A stretch of 63,410 nt of DNA, the filler included, from Octopus bimaculoides (taxonomy: Eukaryota): the NCBI RefSeq assembly GCF_001194135.2. It is 7 parts of 7 records of this genome, joined end to end, with 100 filler letters (N's around TTAATTAATTAA, not from the genome) between each part and the next. Parts side by side here need not be neighbours in the genome. Positions count along the whole stretch, not along the records: positions 12,366 to 23,938 come from NC_068986.1; positions 24,039 to 39,070 come from NC_068985.1; 5 more parts are not named here. One strand, written 5' to 3'. The notes below the pieces were generated by a model. That model was not told the origin of the DNA, searched no databases, and was given only the letters and a program-made list of their open reading frames with translations. The position numbers were made by a program, and so were the translations under genes. Shown in pieces: positions 13,765-27,669 of this stretch; the first letter of the stretch is position 1; each line of letters begins with the position of its first letter.

Positions 13765-15084
13765 CTCCTTTCTCTTCCTCCCCATTTCTGTGGGTGGGTG
13801 ACAGGAGAACCCCATCTTGTTCCTTCTCATCAGTTTCCCCTCACGAAATAGAGAGGGGTTTGAGTTACAGGTTAACAAAAGCTCGTTGGACATTCTATAA
13901 AGATCAGCCCGAAAAGCATAGTTTTACTAGACACGAAGCTGTTGTTGCTGTTTCATGCGACCAATACTGACATTGTTGGCATTGGGGATATGTAAAAAAA
14001 ACAACATTAACACCAGCGGGATTTGAACTAAAAAATGCTTAATTATTCTTATTTACATACTGGTTTTAGTTATCTTCTCTCTTCAACGACAACGCTATGA
14101 CGACAGTAATAGCGAGGATGCTGCTGCTGCTGCTAACAACGACGACTGGAAAGAGGATTACGACGACGACAACGGTAGCAGCAGTGATGACGACGATAAT
14201 GATGATAAGTTGACAAAGGTAAAAAACAAGAATAAAAGAAAACAATTAGCTAATGTCACGAAGAACAGGTATTACAAGAACAGGTGAAATGAAAATAAAC
14301 TTACTCCACCTAAATAAATGCTGCCTCGCCAAACATTTCGTTTCTATTTATTGTCTGTTTGTAAACATGTGATTTAGAGATCTGTAAATTTGAATATTAA
14401 CCCGGTTGGACAAAACTACTTTCCTAATTTAAAAAAAAAAAAAAAAAAAAACCTAAAAACATATTCAACCTTGCAGATTCATTCGTTACTTAGCTACAAG
14501 TTACAGTTTTAATTAAATAAATCTTATGTAAGTATAAATGATACTTTACCACTTTAAAAATATTAGCCTATATATAGCAAAATTATTGTTCTTAACAAAT
14601 TTGGAGGAAAAGGGTTAGTCGATTAAAATTAAACCGACCCCCTGTCCCTGACTGGTATTTTATTTTATGATTCAGGAGGTATGAAAAGCAAGGTCGAGCA
14701 CACTAGGATTTTAACTCAGAATGTAAAGAGCCGGAAAAATACCGCAGGGCATTTTTTCCGCTACTCTTAACGTTTTAACGGTTCTACTTATAATTTACCA
14801 CCTTAATAATAATTATAACAACGGTTTCTAATTTAGGCACGTGGCCAGCAGTTTCGTGGGGAGGTGGTTTCTTGACTGGTACTTTTTGATCGACCCCGAA
14901 AGGATGAATGGCGAAGTCGACCTCGGTGGAGTTTTAACTCAGAATGTTAAGAGCCGAAATATTCCATGACATTTGTTCTGAGGCTTTAACGATTCTGCCA
15001 ATACACTGACCTCATTTATGATGATTATTATGGTTTCTGATTGAGATACAGTCAATAATTTTAAGGTGATGACAGTTAGCCTAT

Positions 15085-15650
15085 CACAAAGACCCTAATG
15101 GTCAACGGCTCAATGGAACAGTCATTTTTCTGATGAATCTTCATTCACCATTTTCCCAATTCAGGGCGAAGCTTTTAACTCTAATTGTTCGGCCTCTATC
15201 GTGAAGCATGAAGGTGGTCCTGTGATAATTTGGGAAGCCATATCAAAGAATTCTCAAGACCCTTTAGTTGCTCTGCATGACAGAGCTAACATCTAGGAGT
15301 ATCTTATTTTGGCTGATCATTTCCATATTCTGTCAAACGGTTTATATTATTCAAAATTGTTACGGAGAGCAAAAAAGTGAAAATCACTTGAATTGCTTCC
15401 CTGCTCGATCACTGACTCTCAATATAATCGAACATTTATGGTTCATTTTGAAGCAGCAAGTGAGGAGCTGTTTCCCCCTATCGTCTTCTCTGAAAGAGCG
15501 AAAAGACGTTTTGCTTGAAGAATGGCTTAAACTACGAGTTAATTTCTCGACGTATTAAAGCTGTGATTGAAGCCAGAAGTGTATCAGCTCTGGATTAAAC
15601 AATAAAACTTCTATTTAACAAGTTGTTCCTATTATTTTTGTTTAACTCAC
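15085..15650 (+). mobile_element. Tc1-like (DD34E) transposase relic
   Basis: FSDESSFTIFP (about 15127), VKHEGGPVIIWEAIS (about 15201) and FPARSLTLNIIEHLWFILK (about 15397) correspond to the Tc1 motifs FSDES, VKHGGGSVMVW and WPxQSPDLNxIE. Confidence 0.85.
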
Positions 15651-16947
15651 TTTAAGGCGGTGAGCTGGCAGAATCGTTAGCACGCCGGATCCAATACTTA
15701 CCGGCATTTCTTCCGGATTTATGTTTTGAGTTGAAATACCGCCGACGTCGACTTTTCCTTATATCCTCTCGAAGTCGGTAAAATAAGTATCAGTCAATTA
15801 CTGGAGTCGATGAAATCGACTGTAACTGCTCCAAAATGTCAAGCCTTGTGCCTATAGTAGAAAGGCTTACTTTATCCAACCCCTGTCCGACGGACTTTCA
15901 CATAGTTTCCGTCTACGAATTGGTTGGCTTGGGTCTTTTCGAGAAGACACTTACTCAAGATTCCGCGCAAAGAAATTGGACCGAACCAGGTGGCTGGAAA
16001 GGAACTTTTTAAGCACATATCTGTAAAAGCTTACATGACCTTTCCCAGATATAATCATTATTATTTCAAATAAATAAACAGTAAAAAAAATATAGATCAG
16101 TCAATAATGCATTTAGATTTGCTGAGCGTTCAGTGATTTAAAAAGTTATCGAAATTAGACTAAAAAATAAAAAAATCAAGGTATTATGTTGTTGCTGTTT
16201 ACTTCAGGTCAGCTGTGGTGAACAGAAACCGTGCCCCGTTCTTCTCTTCATCTACAGTGATAGCTTGCACAGTATTTGTCCAGTTATTAAAAAAAGAAAA
16301 GAAAAGAGAACGCAGGAAGTTGTATGGCTTCCTCGCTTGTCATCAAAAGAATTTATAGTGTAAATGAAATCAAATGCATCCAAACAAAAAGTAGAATTTG
16401 CGTCTCTATCCCAATTTGCTAGGACCATTTTTTTTTGTTCTTTTGCATTAATCTAGCAGCATTTTAAATTTCTAACCTAGATACAAAACCCCAGTTTCAA
16501 GGTAGAGTGCAATCGATTAGATAAATCTTTCCTTGAACTTTGTTTTATCGCTACCATAAGGATGAATGATAAAGTTTGCCTTGCCAGGATTCGAACTCAG
16601 ATGCAAATAAATCAAAATTAAATATTGCAAAATAGCTTTATATGACGCTCAAGGTTAGGATGACAACTAGTTAAATACTGTAGGATATTTTTATCCGACG
16701 CTCAACATTAGGGTGATAGCTGTTATCACAAAGCATGATAACTGCTACTCATACGAGGGATAAACTGTTTCTTTGTGGCTTATTTTAAAAGATCTTAATA
16801 TTCTGTGTCATATTAACCGGTCTCAGTAGTTTTGTGTGTGAACTAGTAACTCAATAGTTCGGTTCTGTCTGTGAACTCGCAGTAAAATAGGAACTTTAAT
16901 GTTTTAAACTGTACCAAGGTGGTGGGAACAAAGACAGACACAAAAAC

Positions 16948-17017
<70 letters not shown>

Positions 17018-18599
17018 GATGATCGTCCTTCAGTCTCCGCCTGCCAAATCCACTCACAAGTCTTTAGTCGGCCCGAGGCTATAGTAAAAGACACTTGCCC
17101 GAAGTCCCACGTAGTGGGACTGAGCACGGAACTATGCGGTTGGAAAGCAAACTTACCGCACTGCCACGCCTGCACCCGTTAAAAAAATCTTTAAGCTTTG
17201 CTGCATTACAAATACACTGCAGTAGTCCTACCAATAAAGGATGTTGGCGGTGATTGCTTGATCCACTTTAACAGTTCGATGGGTTATTTAAAATATGTAG
17301 ATGCAAGATGACTGAGTTGATAAAATAATGGACTACCTATTAAATATCTTAAGTTCGGATCCTCTGAAAAAACTACACTCTTTTTTCAATATAACAGTAC
17401 AGTCTACAGTATTTACTCAGCTAGATGGGAAAAATACTGAATAATCTCAAGGAAAACTTGATGCCTATTTTACTTCACACCAAGTAGTTGAAGTTAAGGC
17501 CTGTCCCTTAAAAGTTTTTCTGGGTTCAACGGGTATTTCTATTTATTAAAAAGAAGCATAAACGAAGGTAACGAGAAGACAAGATTAGCACTAAGCTAAA
17601 TTCCACTGAATTGCGTATACGAAACGATTTCGATTTTAAGTTTAAATTATTTTTGTCTTCGTTGCATCTCTGAATAAACGTGTTGATCATTCCTTCTTCC
17701 TCACTGAAAATAATGAAAATAAAAGTTCACGGAAAGATACCACTGATTACAAATAGTTCTTTTATGTTTGATAATATCTAAATATTTTTACATGCACATG
17801 ATTTATGTAACTTATCCCTTTCTGTTTATTATCTTGTCTTCTGTTATAATTCAAACCATACATATGATGCATCTGATATATAACGATGCTAATGCATGTA
17901 TATCTCAAACCAAAACTGTAAACAACCTTTTGGTTAATCTAAAATAATAGTAAACTAGTGTTCAATTTGAACACCGTCTTTGCTCTAAAAACAGTTTTCA
18001 TTCATTGGGGCCACATACTTATCTACTTCCTGTCGTCATTTTTAAACTTTGATTAACTTCTTTGATATTTCCGGCAACATGACAATAATGTTATAGTAAT
18101 TATAATTTTAGAACAATGGAAGTAATATTGTTCATATATACCAAGTAAAGCAAACGAAAGCACTCTCACATTTGACTATTTTATAACTTTCAATTTTTCC
18201 TTAAAATGTTTACTATTGAGAATTATTTCAATATTTCATATAAATATTTATTGTTAGTTTACGAACTTTTCGTTTCCCTTTCATATTTCACTATTTTACA
18301 AGTTTGAATGTTTCATGTTACCATGGGCTGTGACATCCTATTTAGACGAGATAATACACACACACACATTGCATAAACCAAGAGAAAATTCGCTTAGTTT
18401 TTTTAATATTGCACGAATCAAGTGCTTGACTGATATATTATTTTAAAGACTATGAAACGATAAAAAACAAAGCTGACCTTAGCAGCGCAAGGCGTTTGGG
18501 CGAAATTTACAATTTGCATAAAAAGAAAAGAAAATACAACATCCCACCCAAAAATAAAAGTACTGTAAAAGAATATCAACGAATCACAGCTAAATTATA

Positions 18600-19763
18600 G
18601 CTGAGAGATGACAGTTTACTCAAAGTAGCCGTCCTCAGCTTTCACGACGACCTCAAGATTGCTCCGGAACCTGGCGCATGCGTTCCTCACTGTGTCCCTG
18701 TGAAGATCTTCGAACACTCCCCTTGATCATGTCCACTAGTTCGGCCTTGGTGTTTGCAGGCAGAACGGTTAGTGACTTTCTCAACTGCACTTCACACATA
18801 GTAATCCATGGGTTTAGAATTGGGGGATGCCAGAAATTGGGGTTGTTGAAGTCGTAGAAATTCTCCGATAGCCACTTCTAACTCTTTCCGGGCGTATGAC
18901 AAAGAGTCGAATCCTGCTGCAACACATACGGGCTTTTCAGCAATAACCCTCTCCAGGCGGGGATTTACCACAGTCTCCAGAAGCTTCACATAACCGTCTG
19001 AATTGAGCTTAAGGCCCTGTTCAAAGATGTGGGACGGCATGACGTTACCTTCACTACCAGTGACCGAAGACCATCACAGTTTGAGGAAACTTGGTTTTCC
19101 TGATATGTAGGACATCTCATGGATCGTAGACAAGCCATCTGTTATTCTGGATGTTGTGCAACTGGCCCTAGCAAAAGTTCTTTTCTTTTGAGAAGAACCA
19201 GATCATTGCAGACTCAACAGGATGTCTCAGCTTGTTCAGAAGCTTATTTGCCTTTGTCAAGCGGTTCTCTTTGGCCTTGGCTTTCAGAATTTGTCCCTTG
19301 CACCACTTGTACGAGAGGCAGTGAAGATTCTCATTCAGAGCCGCTTCATGACGACTCCAACATCTATCTATCTCGCCAAAGCCCGGATTCCTTTGCTCAG
19401 ATCTTCTATCACCTTGTTGTTGAATGAATCCTGGTGTGTGGACGCAGCCAGAGCGCCTGTTGGCCACAACTTCGTAGTCTCCGTTGCAATTGTCCATATC
19501 ACGTCTGAGAATCTTTACAGTGTTCATAGAGCATCGGGCAGCAGTCAGGCTGTAGGCATTTTTATACTCGGTGCGAATTATCTTTATACATATTACTCTT
19601 TTCTAATATTCAGATGGCTTCTAGTCTTCCATGTCAGCTAACTTTTTCTCAGCTACAACTTTAATCTTTATGCTCTCAAGCACTGTTGACTATTCAACAA
19701 TACACCAAGCTGTTTCTAAGAAAGGAGATATAAAAATCGTCAAATTTTGAGCGAGCACCCTGA
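18600..19763 (-). mobile_element. Degraded Tc1/mariner-superfamily transposon, probably maT (DD37D)-like
   Basis: Minus frames give MIWFFSKEKNF (FSDEK site mutated), YVLQQDSTLCHT, KWLSENFYDF..PNFW and PMDYYV. A CAGGGTG-type end lies at about 19756-19762 on the minus strand. DD37D spacing is inferred because a small deletion lies between the second and third Asp. Confidence 0.8.
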
Positions 19764-21985
19764 ATTTGAACTAAATACGTAAAGGGCCGTAGCCTGGTAT
19801 TTTGTCCCGCGCCCTAACAATTCTGTCAATATCAAAAAGAAAAAAATGATTTGCAAATAAACTCTTTTGTACTCTAGGCACAAGGCCCGAAATTTTGGGG
19901 GTGAGGACAGTCAATTAGAATGACCCCAGTACTCAACAGGTACTTAATTTATCGACCCCGAAAGAATGAAAGGCAAAGTCGACCTCGGCGGAATTTGAAC
20001 TCAGAACGTAAAGACCGCGAAGCATTTCGCGCGGCGTGCTAACGTTTCTGCCAGCTCGCCGCCTTAAACCGGTAATAAACTCTGTCCTATTGATGCAGTT
20101 GACTGAATGGAAACGTCAACCAATGAAAATAAATGACGTCTTCTAAATGAAAGAAAATCCTGTATATTCAGTCAAATAATTTATATAACTATGTAGTTGT
20201 TTTTACTATATTTACATTCATAAACCACAAGACGCCAACTGAAGTGTCTTTACTTTCAATACTATTCCTTATCAGAAATCGTTTAAAAAGAAAAATCAAA
20301 TATTTATATGGATTTATAATTATGTTTACATCGTAAATACAAATGAAAATAAGTGAAAACATCCTTTCTGCTATAGGCGTAAGACCTGGAATTTTATGGG
20401 GAGTGGGCTTGTTGATTCCGTCGATCTCAGTACTCGCCTAGGACTTATTTTACCGACCTCGAAAGGATGAAAAGCTAAGTCGACCTCGCCGGAGCCAGAA
20501 GAAATGCCGCTAAGCATTTCGTCCGACGCGCTAACGATTCTGCCAGCTCGCCCTCTGCAGTTTATCATAATGTTTAAATTTTATTTCTGAAGTTAATATT
20601 TAAGTGAGACAAAACCTTAAGAGAATTGAATACCGCGGCGTCTAAAACCTCTACTGCTTCTCTGTCCCCAGTAGTCATATAAAATTTTCCACCGACTATA
20701 TCAGGTATTCATTTAAAATTGAATGGTGCTACAGTGAGTAGTCATTCATATTAAAGTAGTAAAAGGAACTAAATTATTTTGGCCTGGTATTACGGGTCTG
20801 TATAATGAAATGGTGGTGGTAGTAGTGGTTGGTGCAGTGCGTTGAATAGATGCAATGGGATGTTTAAAAGAATGTTAGTAAGAGAAAGTGAGCGATAATC
20901 AAAAATGCTTGAGAAGCACTGCAGCAGACGTCAACATTGGCTCGTTTTCAATTTAGTCTGAAGCAGGATGGTACTGGTGGCGATCGAATTGGATAAGGGG
21001 GTCAACGTGACATTGTAAAGTACCTCTATTTTGATTTGAAACGTCTGAAGTATTGAGCTCAAAAGTAAGGGCCATCGAAACAGACCTCACTTCTACAGTA
21101 GCCCCACGACATACATAGGTCAGCCATTATAGCTGTTGGTATTTACTTATGGCTATGGGAAACCAGCGAAGAAACCTTTATGTGATTGCTCGATCAGTTA
21201 AAATTAGCAGCCAAATCTCCCTCAGACCACACCCTATCATCTTAAAAAAGGGAAGGCTACAGTGGATAAAGTACTTCTGAAAAGACAGGATGGTCGCGAC
21301 TGGAATATCTTTGATTATAGATTTGCTCGATACGGCTTGTCCCGGGGATTAGCGATAACAGCAACATCAAATTAGGTAGAAATTTGGTAGCAATTGAGTG
21401 TTAAATACTTGGGAGATGGAAACAGTGTAGCATTGATGATAGAAACATGAACCAGCGACTCTTTGACAGCCTTTTCGGTATTCTGTTGATTCTAGATCTC
21501 TTAAACAGGAAAGTTAATCTTTATGAAATATGCTTCACTGACGAGGTTTAGTAAGACCGAAGCATAATCGGCGTTGTCACTATATTGCCAATGATCGGAG
21601 TCGCTCTTCATTACAATCTATTATTAATTCATTTTAATCAGCTTAAATTCTGGATTCATCACCCCTGCCTTCGGTAATTAGAATTAACCACCAAATATTT
21701 GATATTTATTTTTCTCTCTCTTCATTATGGGTGTTATTAAGATTATTTAAAATGTCTCGACTTAATGCATTAAGCATGTAAACGCCTACCTTATTGTTAA
21801 TTTATGCAGCAGAAGTGCTTACAAATTTTACTTCAACCATTTCAGTATGTCGTCAGTTGATAGGATGAGAATTGAAGGTAGAATCGAACTCGTTACTTTA
21901 CAATGTAAAACTTTTAATTTGAATTTCTCTGTCTTTATTTCTTTCTGTCTCTTGTCCAAATCTCATTTATAAGAACCTAATGTAA

Positions 21986-22053
<68 letters not shown>

Positions 22054-22090
22054 GTCTGTCTGTCTGTCTGTCTGTCTGATTCGCTTTTAA

Positions 22091-22245
22091 CCTCTGAACT
22101 CGAAGTAGATAAAGCTATAAATAACAGCGTATAAATATTGGGTTAAAAAACCACTTCGGATATAAAAGGCTAAGGGTTGCCCGTGAGACACAAGCCTACA
22201 TCTTCTGTAAACATTTTATAACCTTATCTACTTCAAGTTCAACCG
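22091..22245. mobile_element. Degenerate piggyBac-like MITE
   Basis: TTAA at 22087-22090 and 22246-22249. Inverted 25-bp arms at 22096-22120 and 22216-22240 with 3 mismatches. The terminal CCC/GGG is decayed. Confidence 0.5.
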
Positions 22246-22926
22246 TTAAAACGAATTATTTCACGTTCTCTCGAAGTTTCTAATTTCTTATGACTTGTAT
22301 GTATGTATGTATGCATGTATGTATGTATGTATGTATGTATGTATGTATGTATGTATGTATGTATGTATGTATGTACTCATACAAATGCACATATAAAACT
22401 AGCTCTGCAAACTATCATTTGGATCAATATTAAATTATAATAAAACTTTGAAAATTCAAACTTAAATGTGTTGCTTTCATTGTTCACTTTGAGAATTATC
22501 ATTATTTTTTTTCTTTCACTGCAATCAACTCCGTTCCTATTTCCTGTCTTTGTATATCAAACTTAGATTCACTTCTAAGTCACTTCTATCCGCTAGTCTA
22601 ACTTCCACTTTCGTGACAATATTGTTTTAACAATTATAACTTTTAAGAAGTAAGAAAATAACAAACCAACTTACTTTTCACGTCTCACTATTTTATAATT
22701 TGCGGTTTTTACTGTGTTGAAGCGCTATTAATTGTTTTAAAGAATTTTTGATTTTATTTCTCGATATTTTCTTATGAATATTTAAGAGTTATTATACTTA
22801 ACTTGTTTCTTATTCATATTTCAGTATTTTGAGTTTCGATCTTTTTTTTTTTCAAGTTAAAAAAAGAGACATTGAATAATGATGTCTTTAATATATACAT
22901 AATTACATACATACGTACATACATAC

Positions 22927-23595
22927 GGCGATCTTACGATACCAGTACCAAAGATCGGCCTTTTCCGTAAAAAGTGGCTTCGGCGATCTTTACCAAAGAT
23001 CGGCCTTTTCCGTAAAAAGTGTTGGAAGGAAAGAGGGAAACGACATCGTAAAAGCGAAGGAGATAAAGAGAGCGCGATTTCTTTTGAAGTTGGCGCTGGT
23101 GTGTGTACGTGTGTGTGTGTGTGAGAGAGAGAGAAAGAAAGAAAGAAAGAGAGATAAATAACTGAAATTATTTTTATTTCCGGTAATTTTTCAGGGTTTT
23201 AGGGCCAGGGTTAGGGTTTTAGGGTTAGTTTTAGGGTTAGGGTTAGGGTTAGGGTTAGTGTTTAGGGTTAGGGTTAGGGTTACGGTTAGGGACGGAATTC
23301 CCTAACCCAAACCCAAACCCTAACCCTAACCCTAACCCTAACACCGTAGTGAAGATCGTGCGAGTGTTAATCTGAAAAATTACCTTATTTTCTTTTTATA
23401 GTGAGTATGCGAGACAGAAAGTGTGAGAGAGAGAGGTTATGTATGTATGTATGTATGTATGTATGTATGTATGTATGTATGTATGTATGAATGAATGAAT
23501 GTATGTATGAATGTATGTACACTTTTTACGGAAAAGGCCGATGTGATTTAAATAAACACTAGTAGGTGCTTTGGTACTGGTATCGTAAGATCGCC
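22927..23595. mobile_element. Non-autonomous DNA transposon (MITE): GG termini, 9-bp TSD (Merlin- or Mutator-like), internal inverted telomeric repeats
   Basis: 27-bp TIR GGCGATCTTACGATACCAGTACCAAAG plus a second 22-bp inverted block ATCGGCCTTTTCCGTAAAAAGT. CATACATAC flanks both sides (22918-22926, 23596-23604), although it lies inside a (CATA)n tract. Confidence 0.88.
23192..23342. repeat. Head-to-head interstitial telomeric repeats (TTAGGG)n-ACGGAATT-(CCCTAA)n
   Basis: G-rich tract 23192-23291, junction 23292-23299 and C-rich tract 23300-23342 are read directly from the sequence. Confidence 0.95.
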
Positions 23596-25918
23596 CATAC
23601 ATACAGGTGCACACAGACTCACTTACATGCGCGCGCGCACACAGACACAGACACACACAGACACACAGACAGACAGACACACACACACACACACACATCT
23701 ACCTTGGGCTGTCAACTCCTCTATGGGTTAGTGAGGGCGTCGTGGTTGCATACGGCGAATTGGTTATTTTTGACCACAGGTCCAACCACAACTAATTTCT
23801 TCTTCTTCTTCTTCTTCTTCTTCTTCTTCTTCTTCTTCTTCTTCTTGTGCTTCTTCTTCTAAGACGTTGATAAACCTCTTGAACACTCCGCCCTGGATCT
23901 AGAGGGACATCTGGGATATGCCACCTCAAGAAGAGAGANNNNNNNNNNNNNNNNNNNNNNNNNNNNNNNNNNNNNNNNNNNNTTAATTAATTAANNNNNN
24001 NNNNNNNNNNNNNNNNNNNNNNNNNNNNNNNNNNNNNNCAAAGTCAAAACAAAAATTTTCGCTACTGTGGGCAAGCGAACCCGCCTCCCACAAACATCGA
24101 ATACAAAATTTGTTCGTACAACGAACACACAAAAAACTCGCCAAGGAAAGCGAAGATGCCACACCGCTGGACAACAATTTACTAAAAAAATAAATAGAAG
24201 CAATAAATTGCTGCCCAGCTGAGCAACAAAAACGACTTACCCCGGCGAATTCTTCAATTTTTCCTTCTATAGACAGAGCCGAAAACCATGTCTATCTTCG
24301 TTCACAGCAAGTAGCCGGTCTGGAGCACATGCGCAGTGAGCAAACCGGAAGTAAGCAAGTTACTTACCACACAACCACTCCTGTATGTATAGACAGTTGC
24401 ATGAAAAAACTGAGTTTAAATAGCGCACGGATAAATTTTTGAAAGTAAGACCTTAGAAATGTTTACTCATACAAGTATGGATATGGAGAATGTAAAGTGT
24501 TTGTGTATCTTAGGGGAAATTAAATATCGTCATGCATAAACCTCTTAATATAAATCACTCTCAATCATCCTATCATTTTTTAACGTTACGTCGGTGAACA
24601 TCAAATTGATCGCGATGCATATATATACATGTCTGACCTCGATGGGGTGCTCGAATGCATATTTTAAGTGACCATTTTCAGCATTTTTAGAGATAAAATT
24701 TTGAGGACGAAAATGTATGTAATTTCATGTAGAAATAAATAGCTTTACTTGCTTTTGTGTCTAAACGAATATACACAGTGCGTTTCCGTCCGTTTGTTTG
24801 TGATTACACTGGCCTCTAATCTTGTGATGTGGTTTTTGTTGAACCCGTTTTGTCCCGCAAGCTTACGGGCTAATATACAGATATCAATAAAATAAATATT
24901 CATGTTCGAGAGTCCATAGCATTGAAACTCTTGAAGGAATATATTAACGTGATTCCAAACACTAAAAAATTTGCTTTTATTTATTTGAGTTGAAATTTGC
25001 GGTTCTGTACGGAACAATTACGTTCAGGTAGTAGCAGCCATTACTTTTCAGTTGAAATTTATTTCATCGGTAAAACAACATCCACTTAAGAAGATATTTA
25101 ATCTAATTTACATATCGTTATATAATTCTCATTTATTTGGGTTTTTCTTTCCTTTACCCCTCCTCTTTCTATAGGCTACCTTTGACCTTATATCCTCTAA
25201 CGTGTTTTTAAATCAAACTTAATAGCGTGCAGTTCATCACTATACATATCCATCATATTCTGTTAAAATATTTTATTGACGAGTTTCATTTTTACATTTC
25301 CCTGAAGAGAAGATCACATTGTTTTACACCATGTTATTCCTTTGGAATAATACCAGTGATATCTTCGAAACATGTGTCTTCACATATTAATTCCCTCATC
25401 ATTAAACATATTGGTTGTCGAAATATGTTCAATAATTTTTAATTATAAGATATTAACTCATTAAAGGGAAACCGAAATGGTGTGATTAAAAAAATGTTAA
25501 ATACCAAGAGGTGTTTAATTTCGATTCTGTATAATATAGACACACAATTCTAAAAGAATTTTATAGAGTGCTCTAAGATTTGTTAAAATAAAAGTCTTGA
25601 ATTTAGAAATATGGTCAACCTATATTTAACAGATGTGCATATCAGTTACAGGAAATAAAGTTCCTTGTATTTCTTAATAGTTCATGCAATTTAAAAAGCA
25701 TTGTGCATAAGCAACGCAAAGAATGAAAGAAGCGATATTAATGAATCTTTCCTTCGATACATGAGAACTGCATATTAACTATAATGGTAAACGATCGTTT
25801 GTATAATTCTTCAATAGTTTTTACGCGGTACATGTTCATCTATTTCATATATCGCATTTTATTTTGTTTTATTTTATTGAGTGTTGTTGCATTCGACGAT
25901 GACTGATTATTCGCTATA

Positions 25919-26138
25919 CTGTAATCCCTCGATTATCGCGGGTGTTACGTTTCAACCCTTCCCCCCGCGATAGGTGAAACACTACTCTACTGTATATTTT
26001 TTATTATTTTTATAATTTGTATATATTTATTTTATTAGAAATGCAAAAAACACCACGGGGGAATCGACGTAAGCTTAAATAATAAACCGCGATAAGTGAA
26101 CCACGATAGGTGAACCGCGATATGACGATGGATTACTG
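25919..26138. mobile_element. pogo/Tigger-like MITE (Tc1/mariner superfamily)
   Basis: TA-CTGTAATCCCTCGATTATCGCGG at the left end and CCGCGATATGACGATGGATTACTG at the right end match the CAGTAATCCCTCG-type TIR. Internal repeated CCGCGATA(G/A)GTGAA motifs. Confidence 0.75.
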
Positions 26139-27669
26139 CATACAATATCGGATGAAGCTTTAACATTGTTTACGGAATCTAAATGAGCGCTTTGTGTACT
26201 GAAGCGTGATAACCGGATCAGAATTGGAAGAAAGAATTAAGTGTTCGTATAACATTGTTCTATAATATTATAATATTAGCTTTATATATGACCTCAAACT
26301 AAAAATTGTTTCCTGAATAAAATCAACCCACTTATCTATTCTTATATATTCTTGTTCAGCTTTCGTAGAATCTACACCGATAACACTTTAAATTACCCGC
26401 GTCTGAGATCATGAATCTTGTTAAAGGATTCAAATTCAATACTGAAGTTACATGAAATAATAATGTGTGCTCTGTACACATCTGTACATACGACTGGATA
26501 GATGCAATTCAGATTAGACAATTAAAGTAGGATAATATTAATCATACGCTTTTCCTCAGCTGCAACGTATCTAGAAGAAAGTGATTAATATCAAATGAAA
26601 GTAAACAATTCCAGTATTAGCTTATGAAGCGTAAATCTGAACTTAACAATATAGATTTTATCCATTAACTGCCAGATGAATTAAACAATTTTGACATTCA
26701 AGTTGAAATTACGAATCAAACTATTAACCTCTATTCACTTGGCGTTCTAAAAGAGACGAACAACTATTTAAACATCGTCAGAAACCTCATCTAAATTGAC
26801 GGTTGATAATATTCATTTGCATTTCTGAAGATAATACTTAATGTTATTTGCTGCCAATAAACTGGTAGATCTGACGTCGGTCAAGAATCTGTTGGTTTAG
26901 AGTTGAAGATAGTTTACTGCTTATGAAATATACAATAAAGTGGTTTACAAAATGTACAACATCAGCAGTGTGTAATTTGCACGGACGTGCGTGTGAATAC
27001 ATTCTCAGTATCAAAATATTTGTTTAAAAAATATAGAGCGCACTGAGACAGTTACATTGGTGAGCTCCATGTTTCGGAAATAAAATTCTGTAAGTTTTAG
27101 TAATCGGACTAAAATAAGTCGCAAAAAATGCGCATATATATAACATTTATGACAATTATCTCAAAACGGGTATAAGAATATTTGTAAAGTTGTTGTAAAC
27201 ATGACAAACCATAACTAGCAAGATATAAAACAACGATAAATAGAATATCAATGATTAAATCTTCAATATCTCATAAGTAGAAAATATCTCAATATCTCAA
27301 TCCTCAATAGCTCGATGAAGTTCCAAATATCTACTAAACATATGACAACGGCCCTCAATGTATAGAGTGGAATAAACACATGAATATTTACTAGAGAAAA
27401 TCACAATATACAGGTCTCGAACAAAATAATGGAAACACCACTTTTAAGAATTTTTTTTTTTTCTGTTGGCAATATGACAAATTGAAAATGGTTATAGTAA
27501 TCTGATCCTCTCTTTTTCATATTTAAGGCGCATGACATCGATTTCTAAAGAGAACAAATATTCGAGTGTAGATGGATAAAGTTTAAGTCATTAAAACACC
27601 TGAATTTCTTGATGTTCAGGAGAGTTACACTTTTTAAAGTCATGATGAAATTCAAAAATAAAATTAAAA

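Noticed and set aside
16205-16260. Minus-strand mini-exon candidate DEEKNGARFLFTTADL
   Set aside because: Weak donor (GTAAAC), very short, and no recognisable homology.
23192-23342. Genuine ancestral chromosome fusion point
   Set aside because: The tracts are short and enclosed by TIRs and a flanking direct repeat, so a mobile-element origin is more parsimonious.
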